A stretch of 64,000 nt of DNA from Minisyncoccota bacterium (lineage in GTDB: Bacteria; Patescibacteriota; Minisyncoccia; Phycocordibacterales; SBAW01), in the NCBI GenBank assembly GCA_035548815.1, contig DASZSF010000005.1, positions 115,741 to 179,740 on the forward strand, in the 5' to 3' direction. A program made the position numbers and the translations under genes. Position 1 is the stretch's first letter. Each line of letters opens with the position of its first letter. The notes beneath the pieces were generated by a model that made no database searches, was not told where the DNA came from, and saw only the letters and a program-made list of their open reading frames with translations. This document shows positions 56,701 through 64,000 of this stretch, piece after piece.

Positions 56701-58828
56701 TGCAACGGGCTTCGACAGCTTCACGGGCATCTCAGTGCGCGCCAACAGCGGTTCGCAGACTGGCAACTTGCAAGAATGGCAGGATTCGTCAGGCAATCCG
56801 CTGGTGGTTGTGGACCCGACGGGAAAGGTTGGCGTCGGTACCTCAACTCCTCACTGGAACCTCCAAGTCGCCGGCACGCGTCCGTCATTCGCGCTCTCAG
56901 ACACATCGGCAGGCACAAACTTGAAACACTGGGTCTTCTCATCGATGGGCGGCAACCTCTACATCGGTACCTCAACCGATGCGTTCGGCACGTCGAGCCC
57001 TGCAGTCTTCTCAATCTCAAGCACGGGTTCAACGACTGCAGCAAACGGCATCAACATCAACAACGGCTGCTTTGCTATCAAAGGTGCGTGTATCGGCTAC
57101 ACGGTGAAGCTTGCAGCTGTATATGCGACTTCGACTGCGGGTACGAATGCAACAGTCCAGTTCACCGGCGCACCAGGCAGTGCTCCGAGCTTTGCTACAG
57201 GGGCGCCGGGCACGCTCACCCTTCCATCCAACACCTCATATATTGTTGTTGAAACCCGCGGTGGTGGTGGCGGTGGTGGTAACAACGGTAGCACGAGCGC
57301 AATCAAAGCAGCCGGCGGCGGCGGCCAAGGTGGATACTCGCGCGCACTTATCAAAGCGCCTACCGGCACCTACAAGTACACCGTTGGCTTGGGCGGCGCT
57401 GGCGGTACAGGTACCGGAGCAGTAACAGGCACCGCAGGCGGCGCAAGCTGCTTTGGCACTAACGCAACCGCATGTACGTCGTCTTCAGTGCAAGCAGCGG
57501 GCGGTTCAGGAGGCGTTGGAACTAACTCTGCAGGAGCAATTTCAGGGGGCGCTGGCGGTTCGTCGGCAGCGGTAGGTACTGTCGGTGATTACGAAGAAGA
57601 CGGTGCTCCCGGAGGTGACAGCAGTGCAGCAACAAACGGTATCCAAAGCGGTGCCGGAGGCGGCCAAGGCGGAGGTCTCGGACGCACTACTTCAGGCAAT
57701 GGTAACCCTGGTATAAACGGCGGCGGCGGCTCAGGCGGCTTGCTTACAGCAGCAGCTGCTACACAAGAAACCGGCGGCAAGGGCGGCGACGGCGTCCTTA
57801 TCATATCCGTCTACGCAACGTCGTCTGCAAACGCAACAGGCAACGACTATGCTGAAATGTTCCCAGTTTCCGACTCGTCAATTTCTTCAGGCGACATCGT
57901 CGCAGTCGACAACACGACTCCAGTTTCGATGCGCATGGCACGAGGAGGCGAGCATGCGTCGCTTGCAGGCATCGTCTCAACTGCACCAGGCCAGATCCTT
58001 GGCGATGCGTCAGCACCAGGTCAAAAACCGATCGCGTTCTCTGGTCGCGTTCCGACCAAGGTCAACCTGGAGAACGGTCCTATTCATGTCGGTGACCGCA
58101 TCGCGCCGTCATTCGTTGCTGGGGTTGGTAAGAAGGCGGGTCCTCTGGATGACTCGGTCGGTATCGCGCTTGAAGCATACGATGGCACATCTGATTCCAA
58201 TCAGATATTGGTATTCCTCGATCTTCACCAAGGTATTGATATAAGCTCGCTTGCAGGACAGCTCTTCTCGTCCGAAGTGCTTCAGAATATATCAAGCTCT
58301 CTCCCTATTGATTCGACATCAACTTCTGCATCGATGCTCATGGGTACGACTAGCCCTGAAACAGGCACGGACTTTGTTGGCGCCATCTTTGGCGCCATCA
58401 TCGCTCGCATGCAAAACTTCGGGATCTTTATTACAAAAACGGCAACCCACATCACGACCCTTATGGTGAGTCACTTTACGGTCGGCTCGTCTGATGCGCC
58501 TGAAGGGATCACCATTTACGACAGACAAGGCCGCGCAGGGTGTCTTATTGCTGATGATGTAACAACAGGCAAGATGCAATTGCTTGAAGGCATGTGCGGT
58601 ACACAAACCGCGAGCGTAGGAAATGCTACATTGCAAGATGGCGGAGGAAATGACAACGATACTGGCACCAGCACGCCTGCTGTGGAGCCTATTGGCCAAA
58701 ACAGCAGCGACACCGCTACGAGCACGTCTTCTGATATAGGCGCTGGAAGCGACGAGCCTGCGACACCAGACACTCCAAGCGACACGGGCAACTCTGACAT
58801 GGCATCATCAACTGACACCGGAGTCTAG
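53768..58828 (+). CDS. giant (1686 aa) secreted surface protein with Thr/Ser/Gly-rich beta-repeats and phage tail-fibre-like glycine-rich domain
   Basis: signal peptide; YIVVETRGGGGGGGNNG...AAGGGGQGG...GLGGAGGTG glycine-rich segment; conserved C-terminal globular domain. Confidence 0.75.
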   Translation: MQQGNRDRDMPFSFLQPTKNTVPHAGRSLLYKGIILVLMCALTCSSFSIPARAAGAPPTIISYQGRLTDGSGNLLGDLGTTYYLKFSIWDSPTVGAGNRVWPTTTSVATTSVTVTQGLFTVNIGDTANGYPTALNLNVANNTQLYLQVEVSADNNSSETLSPRQQLTSSVFSLLSSAVVGTTTPSLFGTTTPIGSSFITAQATSATSIPLTLAGTSGQTANLFQVLNNSLSNLFSISSNGTVTFATLTSGLHAASPSGAVYSAATSSLSLSGPFSGFASLGALVGGSNSTITWTGLATTSQPSSSNLLVSNGGAGVYGVATSTLTASSPLTGSFTVLGSGGSLGCQTANGSQAGCLSSADWTTFNSKSSFAYPFNIAGNATSTLTQFNGGLTAYASTTIGNGGQGSGLTINGGATTTGNAYVNGNLTVGTTGALVASAGNIVHQVGNFQFYNSTIVVPSGASIIPSNNIRTFTFYGNPTYSTGNGLDFTAGDPGNAVTVSASTNYGSPDMNVSIAFLPKGAGNIGIATSSPFAKLSVAGSAYIGGNLTATGTLAVAGISTFSSNIGVGTTSPWKMLSVGTGTTGTFVIATSTAGCAQFSAFGELYSTGSNCGGGSLTGTTGQIPWFSGTNTAVGTSSLFLNSSTGNFGIGTTSPLAKLDVFGNVTLSGSSRYLNFGATSTAGIGSTGYGLRDNAGVLEFKNSGGSWQGVSSVATSGPAFSVDKNGTDQTISTATYTPLTWSHEIFDTNNNFDTGTGRFTPTVPGKYLIKLNVYCGAVSSCYAGIAKNGSALANIVSQTGSQGNVTIATAVAIVDMNGTTDYIVGDGYSDVSTTIVGTVINTNFSGALIAPVSAGTVNGTGSNGQITFWNSANSATGDADFVWDSTNSRLGIGTSSPWAKLSVVTDATTGPGSVVDASSITDGVGLRLEFNSSTMTTNGRVFSIVDKAFNSTFFEVNENGQTGIRTFGNLGSNFSSLTVATGFDSFTGISVRANSGSQTGNLQEWQDSSGNPLVVVDPTGKVGVGTSTPHWNLQVAGTRPSFALSDTSAGTNLKHWVFSSMGGNLYIGTSTDAFGTSSPAVFSISSTGSTTAANGININNGCFAIKGACIGYTVKLAAVYATSTAGTNATVQFTGAPGSAPSFATGAPGTLTLPSNTSYIVVETRGGGGGGGNNGSTSAIKAAGGGGQGGYSRALIKAPTGTYKYTVGLGGAGGTGTGAVTGTAGGASCFGTNATACTSSSVQAAGGSGGVGTNSAGAISGGAGGSSAAVGTVGDYEEDGAPGGDSSAATNGIQSGAGGGQGGGLGRTTSGNGNPGINGGGGSGGLLTAAAATQETGGKGGDGVLIISVYATSSANATGNDYAEMFPVSDSSISSGDIVAVDNTTPVSMRMARGGEHASLAGIVSTAPGQILGDASAPGQKPIAFSGRVPTKVNLENGPIHVGDRIAPSFVAGVGKKAGPLDDSVGIALEAYDGTSDSNQILVFLDLHQGIDISSLAGQLFSSEVLQNISSSLPIDSTSTSASMLMGTTSPETGTDFVGAIFGAIIARMQNFGIFITKTATHITTLMVSHFTVGSSDAPEGITIYDRQGRAGCLIADDVTTGKMQLLEGMCGTQTASVGNATLQDGGGNDNDTGTSTPAVEPIGQNSSDTATSTSSDIGAGSDEPATPDTPSDTGNSDMASSTDTGV

Positions 58829-59815
58829 TTACATGTTTTGGTATGCGAGCGATGATAGATCCTCGATAATTGAAAGAAGGGACTCAAAATTTGAACCTTG
58901 AGTCATGACGCAGATGATATATGGGTTCGGGTCTTTGTATACGATGCCACAGTCATGAAGTTCGCGGATTGGTCCTGCCGACGATATGGTTTCGCGTTCG
59001 CCAAATTTGTGAGATACGATCACATCTTGCGGCAGCAACGCAGCAAGTCCTTTAAAGGAAGAGCTGCTCATAAGCGAAAGTACCGCCTGCGATGAGTCGC
59101 GATTAAGGTACGAAGCATTATAAAGTATGCGCAGTATACCTGCATACGTCTTGGCGGTCATGTAGTCGACCGTATTTTGGTTGACAGGCAGCGTAATGCC
59201 AAGGTCGACGATTGTTTGCTTGAAAATATCTGGATTTATTTGTGACTGTAAAAGAGTTGCTGCGGCATTGTCCGAGTCTACCATCATCCGCGTAAGAAGA
59301 TCAGATACGGTGTAGGTGCCAGGGCTCAGTGTTTCTGGCGCTGCAAAGTGCTCTATATATTGTGACTTTGCGCCATTGTATGAAAGTTTTGCCGAAAATA
59401 TCGACGGGTCGAGGCTGCGTATTTTGTAGTAGGTGATAAGCAGTGGCAGCTTCATCAGCGAGGCTGGCGTATAGGTTTCGTTTTCGTTACTTGCTGCCCA
59501 CTGCTGGCTTACAAGATCACGAATGAAGATTGAAATGCGTTTTGCTTTGCCTTCTTTTACATACAGATCAGTTGTGGAATCGAGCAATATGTCGAGCGAA
59601 CGCAGACGTTCCGTCGTATCGTCGAGCGTGACACAGCCGATACTGCGACTGATAAGAGGATATTGGTCATGACAGTTATCGCGCGCACGTTTTGCAACGA
59701 CATAGGCGCGCGTGCCGGTTACGACATAGATAAAAAAAAGCAGACCGGCGCCGGCGACAACACCAAGCACGACATAGCGCCAATGAGACTTAATACCACG
59801 TGAGAACTCCTTCAT
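58829..59815 (-). CDS. class A beta-lactamase-like serine hydrolase, membrane-anchored
   Basis: SxxK (ASLMK), SDN (VDSDNAAA), xxG triad (HKFG); N-terminal TM. Confidence 0.75.
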   Translation of the reverse strand: MKEFSRGIKSHWRYVVLGVVAGAGLLFFIYVVTGTRAYVVAKRARDNCHDQYPLISRSIGCVTLDDTTERLRSLDILLDSTTDLYVKEGKAKRISIFIRDLVSQQWAASNENETYTPASLMKLPLLITYYKIRSLDPSIFSAKLSYNGAKSQYIEHFAAPETLSPGTYTVSDLLTRMMVDSDNAAATLLQSQINPDIFKQTIVDLGITLPVNQNTVDYMTAKTYAGILRILYNASYLNRDSSQAVLSLMSSSSFKGLAALLPQDVIVSHKFGERETISSAGPIRELHDCGIVYKDPNPYIICVMTQGSNFESLLSIIEDLSSLAYQNM

Positions 59816-59843
59816 TGGTCTTCAATATACTATACTGTTTAGT

Positions 59844-60890
59844 ATGTCGAGGTTGTTCTTTGCTCTATATATAGTGTTTGCGCTTGTTGCTACGTACACC
59901 GCGAGCGTCCCAGCATATGCGGATGTAACTTCAACGCACTATAGAATTGAAAATCCAACAATTAGTCCCGGCGGCACAGGTTCGTCAGCAAGCTACAAAC
60001 TTTCAGGCACGGCAGGCGAGACTGCGCACAATGGTGGGTCAGCTTCAAGTTATCGATTACAGCTCGGGTTCTTCTCGTTCCCGGTCGTAACAGCGCCGGT
60101 ACTATCGGTGCAGGTCGGAAATGCGAACGGCCGGGCGGATCTTTCGTGGAGCGCCGCCATTCCATATTTGGGATACACGGTTTCGGCGTATAAAGTCGGC
60201 TACGCAACCGCGTCGGGAGGACCCTACACATATATATCGGTAGGCAATGTGCTTGCGTACGATGTGGGGTCGCTGGTGAACGGTACGCCATACTACTTTA
60301 TTGTTACTGCGCTCGACAATGCGAGCATCACAATAGCGACCTCAAGCGAGGTGACCGCGACACCAGTGGCGCCGTCCCTTACATTTGTTATAGACTCAGG
60401 CACTCAAGCATTGCCAAACTTAACGCCAGGCACGCTCACGTCGACCTCGAGTATTTTGAGTATCAAAACGAATAACCCGACAGGCTTTGTCACGACCCTT
60501 GCACGTTCAAACGTAAATAACACGCTGTTATTAAACACGGATTCGAGCGTTGCGATACCCGACAAGACTGACTGGACTGCACCACCAGCCACGACGACAA
60601 ACGGCTCCGCATCGGCGTCAACAACCCAGCCTCTGACACTTCAATTCCGCCTATGGAAGGCTATGACCGATTCGGCAAACTATTCAACAAACTGGTGGGG
60701 AGCTGACGACACAACATCGGGTGCATTATTTGCGGGCATACCATCAACAACGCAAGCGATTTCGAATCGTTCAGTGTCAGCAGTGTCGACGACTACCACT
60801 CGTGTGTTGTATGACCTGAACGTTCCAAACAGCCAAAAGAACGGCACCTATAGCGGCGATGTTGTATATACCGTTACCGTCAATCCATGA
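59844..60890 (+). CDS. secreted protein: FN3-like domain + C-terminal WxL-like domain (paralogue 1)
   Basis: signal peptide; C-terminal TNWWGADD...LFAGI...GTYSGDVVYTVTVNP shared with next gene. Confidence 0.45.
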   Translation: MSRLFFALYIVFALVATYTASVPAYADVTSTHYRIENPTISPGGTGSSASYKLSGTAGETAHNGGSASSYRLQLGFFSFPVVTAPVLSVQVGNANGRADLSWSAAIPYLGYTVSAYKVGYATASGGPYTYISVGNVLAYDVGSLVNGTPYYFIVTALDNASITIATSSEVTATPVAPSLTFVIDSGTQALPNLTPGTLTSTSSILSIKTNNPTGFVTTLARSNVNNTLLLNTDSSVAIPDKTDWTAPPATTTNGSASASTTQPLTLQFRLWKAMTDSANYSTNWWGADDTTSGALFAGIPSTTQAISNRSVSAVSTTTTRVLYDLNVPNSQKNGTYSGDVVYTVTVNP

Positions 60891-60966
60891 TGACATATGG
60901 GGATAAGCAGAATGTGTGAAATAGCTTGTGATATATACTTAATAGGCGATTGAACGTAATGAAATT

Positions 60967-61671
60967 TTGATGAACCCCTTTTCGATTTCTTTTTCATATG
61001 TGCATCGAATTGATAGGACAGACTTTGCCAAGTCGTTTATAGCAACAGCGCTTCTTTTTGGCGTTTTCGTATTAGCCATTCAGGCGTACGCATCGACGGT
61101 AACCCTTTCAGTTGTAGTTCAAACCTCCCTTACCTTTACAAGTACGACCGACAACTTCACCACCATAACGCCAGGGACTCCCGTATACGCCACGACGACT
61201 CTTTCAGTGCTCACGAACGATTCAAGCGGTTATAACGTTACGCTTTCGGGCGACAATAAGAGCACGAGCAATAACAACTTGCAGCTATCGGGCAACACAT
61301 CGGTGCAGATCACCGACCAGACCGAATGGGTACCGAACGCTGCCACATCAAGTCCGGGCAATGCCGTCGCTGTTGCTAGCTTCACGAACTCGGGCAATGT
61401 ACTTGCATTCCGAGTCATGAGCGCTTCGTCGACAAATGGTGCGGGCTTCCTTTCGACGTCATGGTGGGGAACGGCCGACTACTCTTCCTCAAACTCGCTG
61501 TGGGCAGGTATTTCAAGCTCAACTGTAGCTCGTCGTATTGGCAATGCGGGCTCAGGCACGTATAGTTCATCTGCGCATTTAAACAGCGTTCAATACTACT
61601 TGAATGTCTCAAGCAGCCAACAGACCGGTACCTACAACGCACCTATTACCTATACCGCCACAGGCAATTAA
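60967..61671 (+). CDS. secreted WxL-like domain protein (paralogue 2)
   Basis: STSWWGTAD...LWAGI...GTYNAPITYTATGN; signal peptide. Confidence 0.45.
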   Translation: MMNPFSISFSYVHRIDRTDFAKSFIATALLFGVFVLAIQAYASTVTLSVVVQTSLTFTSTTDNFTTITPGTPVYATTTLSVLTNDSSGYNVTLSGDNKSTSNNNLQLSGNTSVQITDQTEWVPNAATSSPGNAVAVASFTNSGNVLAFRVMSASSTNGAGFLSTSWWGTADYSSSNSLWAGISSSTVARRIGNAGSGTYSSSAHLNSVQYYLNVSSSQQTGTYNAPITYTATGN

Positions 61672-61675
61672 CGCT

Positions 61676-62587
61676 ATGGTACTGCGGCGACTGGCATATA
61701 TAACCGCTACAGGCGTCGCCCTCCTTCTATATGGATTTTCATTTGTGCCTGCGCTTGCAGCAACGGGCCTTTCTATACAACCGGTCAAGATAGATCAAAC
61801 ACTTAACCCAGGCGACGTGCTCGATGGCAGCATTTTGCTTTCCAATGCAAGCGATGGTCCGGTAAATGTTGAACTGAGCCTACAGGATTTCGTGCCCACA
61901 GCGGGAGCTGATGGTATTCAGTTCATCGGCCGCACGGAGGGAGTGACGAGTGTCATCGATTGGATCCATGTCGAGACCAAACCAACGTTCTCTCTGGATG
62001 TCGGCGAACAGATTAGCATCCCGTACACCATTACAGCGCCTCAAAATGCTGAACCAGGTAGCCACTTGGGAGTTATTTTGTTCAAAGCTGCACCAAAAAA
62101 CGCTGTGGCAGGCAGTCTTAAGGTTGGTACGCAGGTTGGAACGCTTGTAATGATCGCAATTCCGGGCAACCACCTTGAAAAAGGAAATATACTCGACTTT
62201 ACAGTGCCTCTATTTTCTCAAAAAGGGCCGATCCCATTTGATATAAAATTCCAAAACACCGGCACCGTCCATTTCGAGCCGAAAGGATCGATTGTCATCC
62301 GCAATATGTTTGGGCAGAAGGCTGGCGAAGTGCCCATTACTGGTCAAGTTGCACTTCCAACGAGCGTAAAAGAACTTAAATTCGCATGGAATCCGGGAGC
62401 GTTTGCGCTTGGGCGTTACACTGCGAGCGCAACTATCTACGACGGCGAAGGAGATGCGCTTACGTCCCGTGAAGTGAGTTTCTACGTAGTTCCTGTGTGG
62501 TATATCATCGGATTCCTCGTAGTAATTACATTGATCTACCTCCTCTTGCGCTACCTCAAACGACACGTACGTCTGACCTTGCAATAG
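61676..62587 (+). CDS. DUF916/DUF3324-like cell-surface protein with C-terminal TM anchor (CscA-like)
   Basis: GLSIQPVKIDQTLNPGDVLDGSILLSNASDGPVNVELSLQDF; C-terminal VWYIIGFLVVITLIYLLLRYLKRH. Confidence 0.55.
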   Translation: MVLRRLAYITATGVALLLYGFSFVPALAATGLSIQPVKIDQTLNPGDVLDGSILLSNASDGPVNVELSLQDFVPTAGADGIQFIGRTEGVTSVIDWIHVETKPTFSLDVGEQISIPYTITAPQNAEPGSHLGVILFKAAPKNAVAGSLKVGTQVGTLVMIAIPGNHLEKGNILDFTVPLFSQKGPIPFDIKFQNTGTVHFEPKGSIVIRNMFGQKAGEVPITGQVALPTSVKELKFAWNPGAFALGRYTASATIYDGEGDALTSREVSFYVVPVWYIIGFLVVITLIYLLLRYLKRHVRLTLQ

Positions 62588-62593
62588 ACTGCC

Positions 62594-63181
62594 ATGAATG
62601 GCCCACGCCTTGGCACAGCAATTCTTATTGGTCTGGCATTATGCCTCATGGCATATGGATTTCGCATCATTACAGCGACGGGCACTGTTGATGTTCGGCA
62701 TCTATTGTCGGCCACCGATATGCTGGTGGTATATGTATCTAACCCAAGCTGTGAAGCAAATGCAGGAACCGTGTGCCAGTCAGATCAAAACATGTGTGGG
62801 CAGATCAATTCAGGAATCTTTTTGTGCGACGGGACATGCTCGGCAGTGACTCCGCCTGATTCGCAGTGTCCGGTTGAACCTCCACCAAACACTGGAGGTG
62901 GCGGAGGCGGGGGTGGCGGAGGCCCGATAGTTGCCGTCACACCTCCTACGCCTACTCCTATGACGCCCGAAGATGAAACAGCGCTTCGGTGCACTGAGCG
63001 AAGAAAAATCGGCGACTTTAACTGCAGCGGCAGGGTAGACATACAGGACTTCAGCATCCTTGCATATTGGTTTAAACGACCGCTTACAGACCTGGCATAT
63101 GCGACGGGGGTGGACTTAAATCATGACCAAAAAGCGACTCTCGCGGATTTCAGCATCCTCGCATATTATTGGGGGAAATAG
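62594..63181 (+). CDS. secreted Cys-rich protein with poly-Gly linker and two dockerin-type Ca-binding repeats
   Basis: DFNCSGRVDIQDFSILAYWF and DLNHDQKATLADFSILAYYW match type-I dockerin repeat pattern. Confidence 0.6.
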   Translation: MNGPRLGTAILIGLALCLMAYGFRIITATGTVDVRHLLSATDMLVVYVSNPSCEANAGTVCQSDQNMCGQINSGIFLCDGTCSAVTPPDSQCPVEPPPNTGGGGGGGGGGPIVAVTPPTPTPMTPEDETALRCTERRKIGDFNCSGRVDIQDFSILAYWFKRPLTDLAYATGVDLNHDQKATLADFSILAYYWGK

Positions 63182-63184
63182 AGT

Positions 63185-63736
63185 ATGAAGATATACAGCA
63201 TTTTTGCCACCGTTGCGCTATTCATTCCCGCCGTTGCGTCTGCGGCGACGCTTTCGTTTGATCCGCCTCATGCGCATGTGAAAGCAGGGGACGCTATTTC
63301 GTTTAGCGTTATGTTGAGCGCAGACGACAGTATTAATGCTGTAGGAACTGCGGTGCAGGTCCCTGCGGGACTCTCATTTATTTCCTCTTCCAAGGGAAAT
63401 GTATTTACGCAATGGGTAGAAACTCCCAGTTTTGATGCGAAGACGAGCACTGTTGAATTTTCGGGGATAATGACAGGAGGTTGGACAGGCAAAGACCAAG
63501 TGCTCGCAACTATTACCCTGAAGGCACAGCAGGATGGGGACTATACGCTTGTGTATGACCCTTCGCAGACAGAATTGTATAAGAACGATGGAAAGGCGAC
63601 TCCGGATACGGTGACGTTCGGCACTATAGCGACACCCCTTGCGGGCCGTGTACTTCTTGGCTTGGTCGCTGCGTTCGCCGCCGTACTCTTGTTCTTCTTA
63701 CTGCTGCGACGAAAAGTAATGGTACGATTTGTCTAA
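63185..63736 (+). CDS. cohesin-like domain protein with C-terminal TM anchor
   Basis: ATLSFDPPHAHVKAGDAISFSVMLSADDSINAVGTAVQVPAGLSFIS beta-sandwich pattern; C-terminal TM + RRK. Confidence 0.55.
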   Translation: MKIYSIFATVALFIPAVASAATLSFDPPHAHVKAGDAISFSVMLSADDSINAVGTAVQVPAGLSFISSSKGNVFTQWVETPSFDAKTSTVEFSGIMTGGWTGKDQVLATITLKAQQDGDYTLVYDPSQTELYKNDGKATPDTVTFGTIATPLAGRVLLGLVAAFAAVLLFFLLLRRKVMVRFV

Positions 63737-64000
63737 TGCGATTTCTTCGGCATGCCTGTTTTTGTCTTGTGTTGCTGCTGGCACTGCCAGTTGCGGCACA
63801 CGCTGCAACGCTGACGTTTGGCGGCCCTGTTCAGGTGATGGTCGGCGACATGGTGAGCGTGCCGGTATTGCTTTCAACTTCCGGAAGTGAGAGCGCGAAT
63901 GCCGTCTCTGCAACCATTAGCTACTCGACCAACCTGCTGACACTCGTCTCTATTTCCAAAGCTCAAAGTATTATCACGCTGTGGGCTCAAGAGCCCACTA
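63736..64000 (+). CDS. second cohesin-like protein, 3'-truncated by window end
   Basis: ATG overlaps previous stop (TAATG); ATLTFGGPVQVMVGDMVSVPVLLSTSGSESANAVSATISYSTNLLTLVSIS. Confidence 0.45.
   Translation, partial: MRFLRHACFCLVLLLALPVAAHAATLTFGGPVQVMVGDMVSVPVLLSTSGSESANAVSATISYSTNLLTLVSISKAQSIITLWAQEPT

Noticed and set aside
57241-57300. Run of GGT/GGC codons (ggtggtggtggcggtggtggt) and other short tandem repeats
   Set aside because: Lies in-frame in the glycine-rich domain of the giant protein; not a CRISPR array or intergenic microsatellite. No CRISPR repeats, rRNA, IS transposases or integrons were seen anywhere in the window.

Overview
The window is 64 kb from a low-to-mid GC (about 50-53%) bacterium with a monoderm-looking, gene-dense genome. 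It carries three sortases, tiny LPXTG-type substrates, PadR-PspC and LexA, and several proteins with Arg/Gly-rich tails. I infer a Patescibacteria/CPR-like or other small-genome Gram-positive-type lineage, without proof.

Housekeeping genes:
- an RND efflux pair (5'-truncated adaptor plus AcrB-like pump);
- a DEAD-box helicase, cold-shock protein, MsrB, RNase J, SecG and an RRM protein;
- groES and groEL;
- a cluster-less HhH-GPD glycosylase;
- a Zur-like regulator with a ZIP zinc transporter.

One tRNA-Ser(GGA) gene lies at 32142-32229. Downstream of it is an accessory region, probably mobile:
- a DUF4238 (Rst_DUF4238-like defence) gene overlapping an unknown partner gene, a large serine recombinase and a P-loop kinase;
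- a copper-resistance island: csoR with a near-perfect operator palindrome, a DUF2933 peptide, an ATP-cone::Mrr-nuclease fusion, a P1B ATPase with a CPD motif, DsbA-like, Cys-rich and Met-rich multicopper oxidase proteins;
- an orphan phage packaging/methylation module (small and large terminase, ParB-nuclease::DNA-methyltransferase, sigma-like regulator);
- a truncated CDF transporter.

The right end encodes a cell-surface set: a G1 (eqolisin-like) glutamic peptidase, a 1686-aa giant surface protein with a phage tail-fibre-like glycine-rich segment, a class-A beta-lactamase-like hydrolase, two paralogous WxL-like secreted proteins beside a DUF916/DUF3324-like anchored protein, and a dockerin-repeat protein followed by two cohesin-like anchored proteins.

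Other signals:
- five single-gene islets of 58-63% GC with GC3-saturated codons, embedded in the roughly 50% GC background, which look like foreign (high-GC donor) acquisitions;
- a non-canonical tRNA-like element flanked by 25-bp inverted repeats between three terminators;
- a highly structured 320-bp intergenic region.

No rRNA, CRISPR array or transposase was seen.
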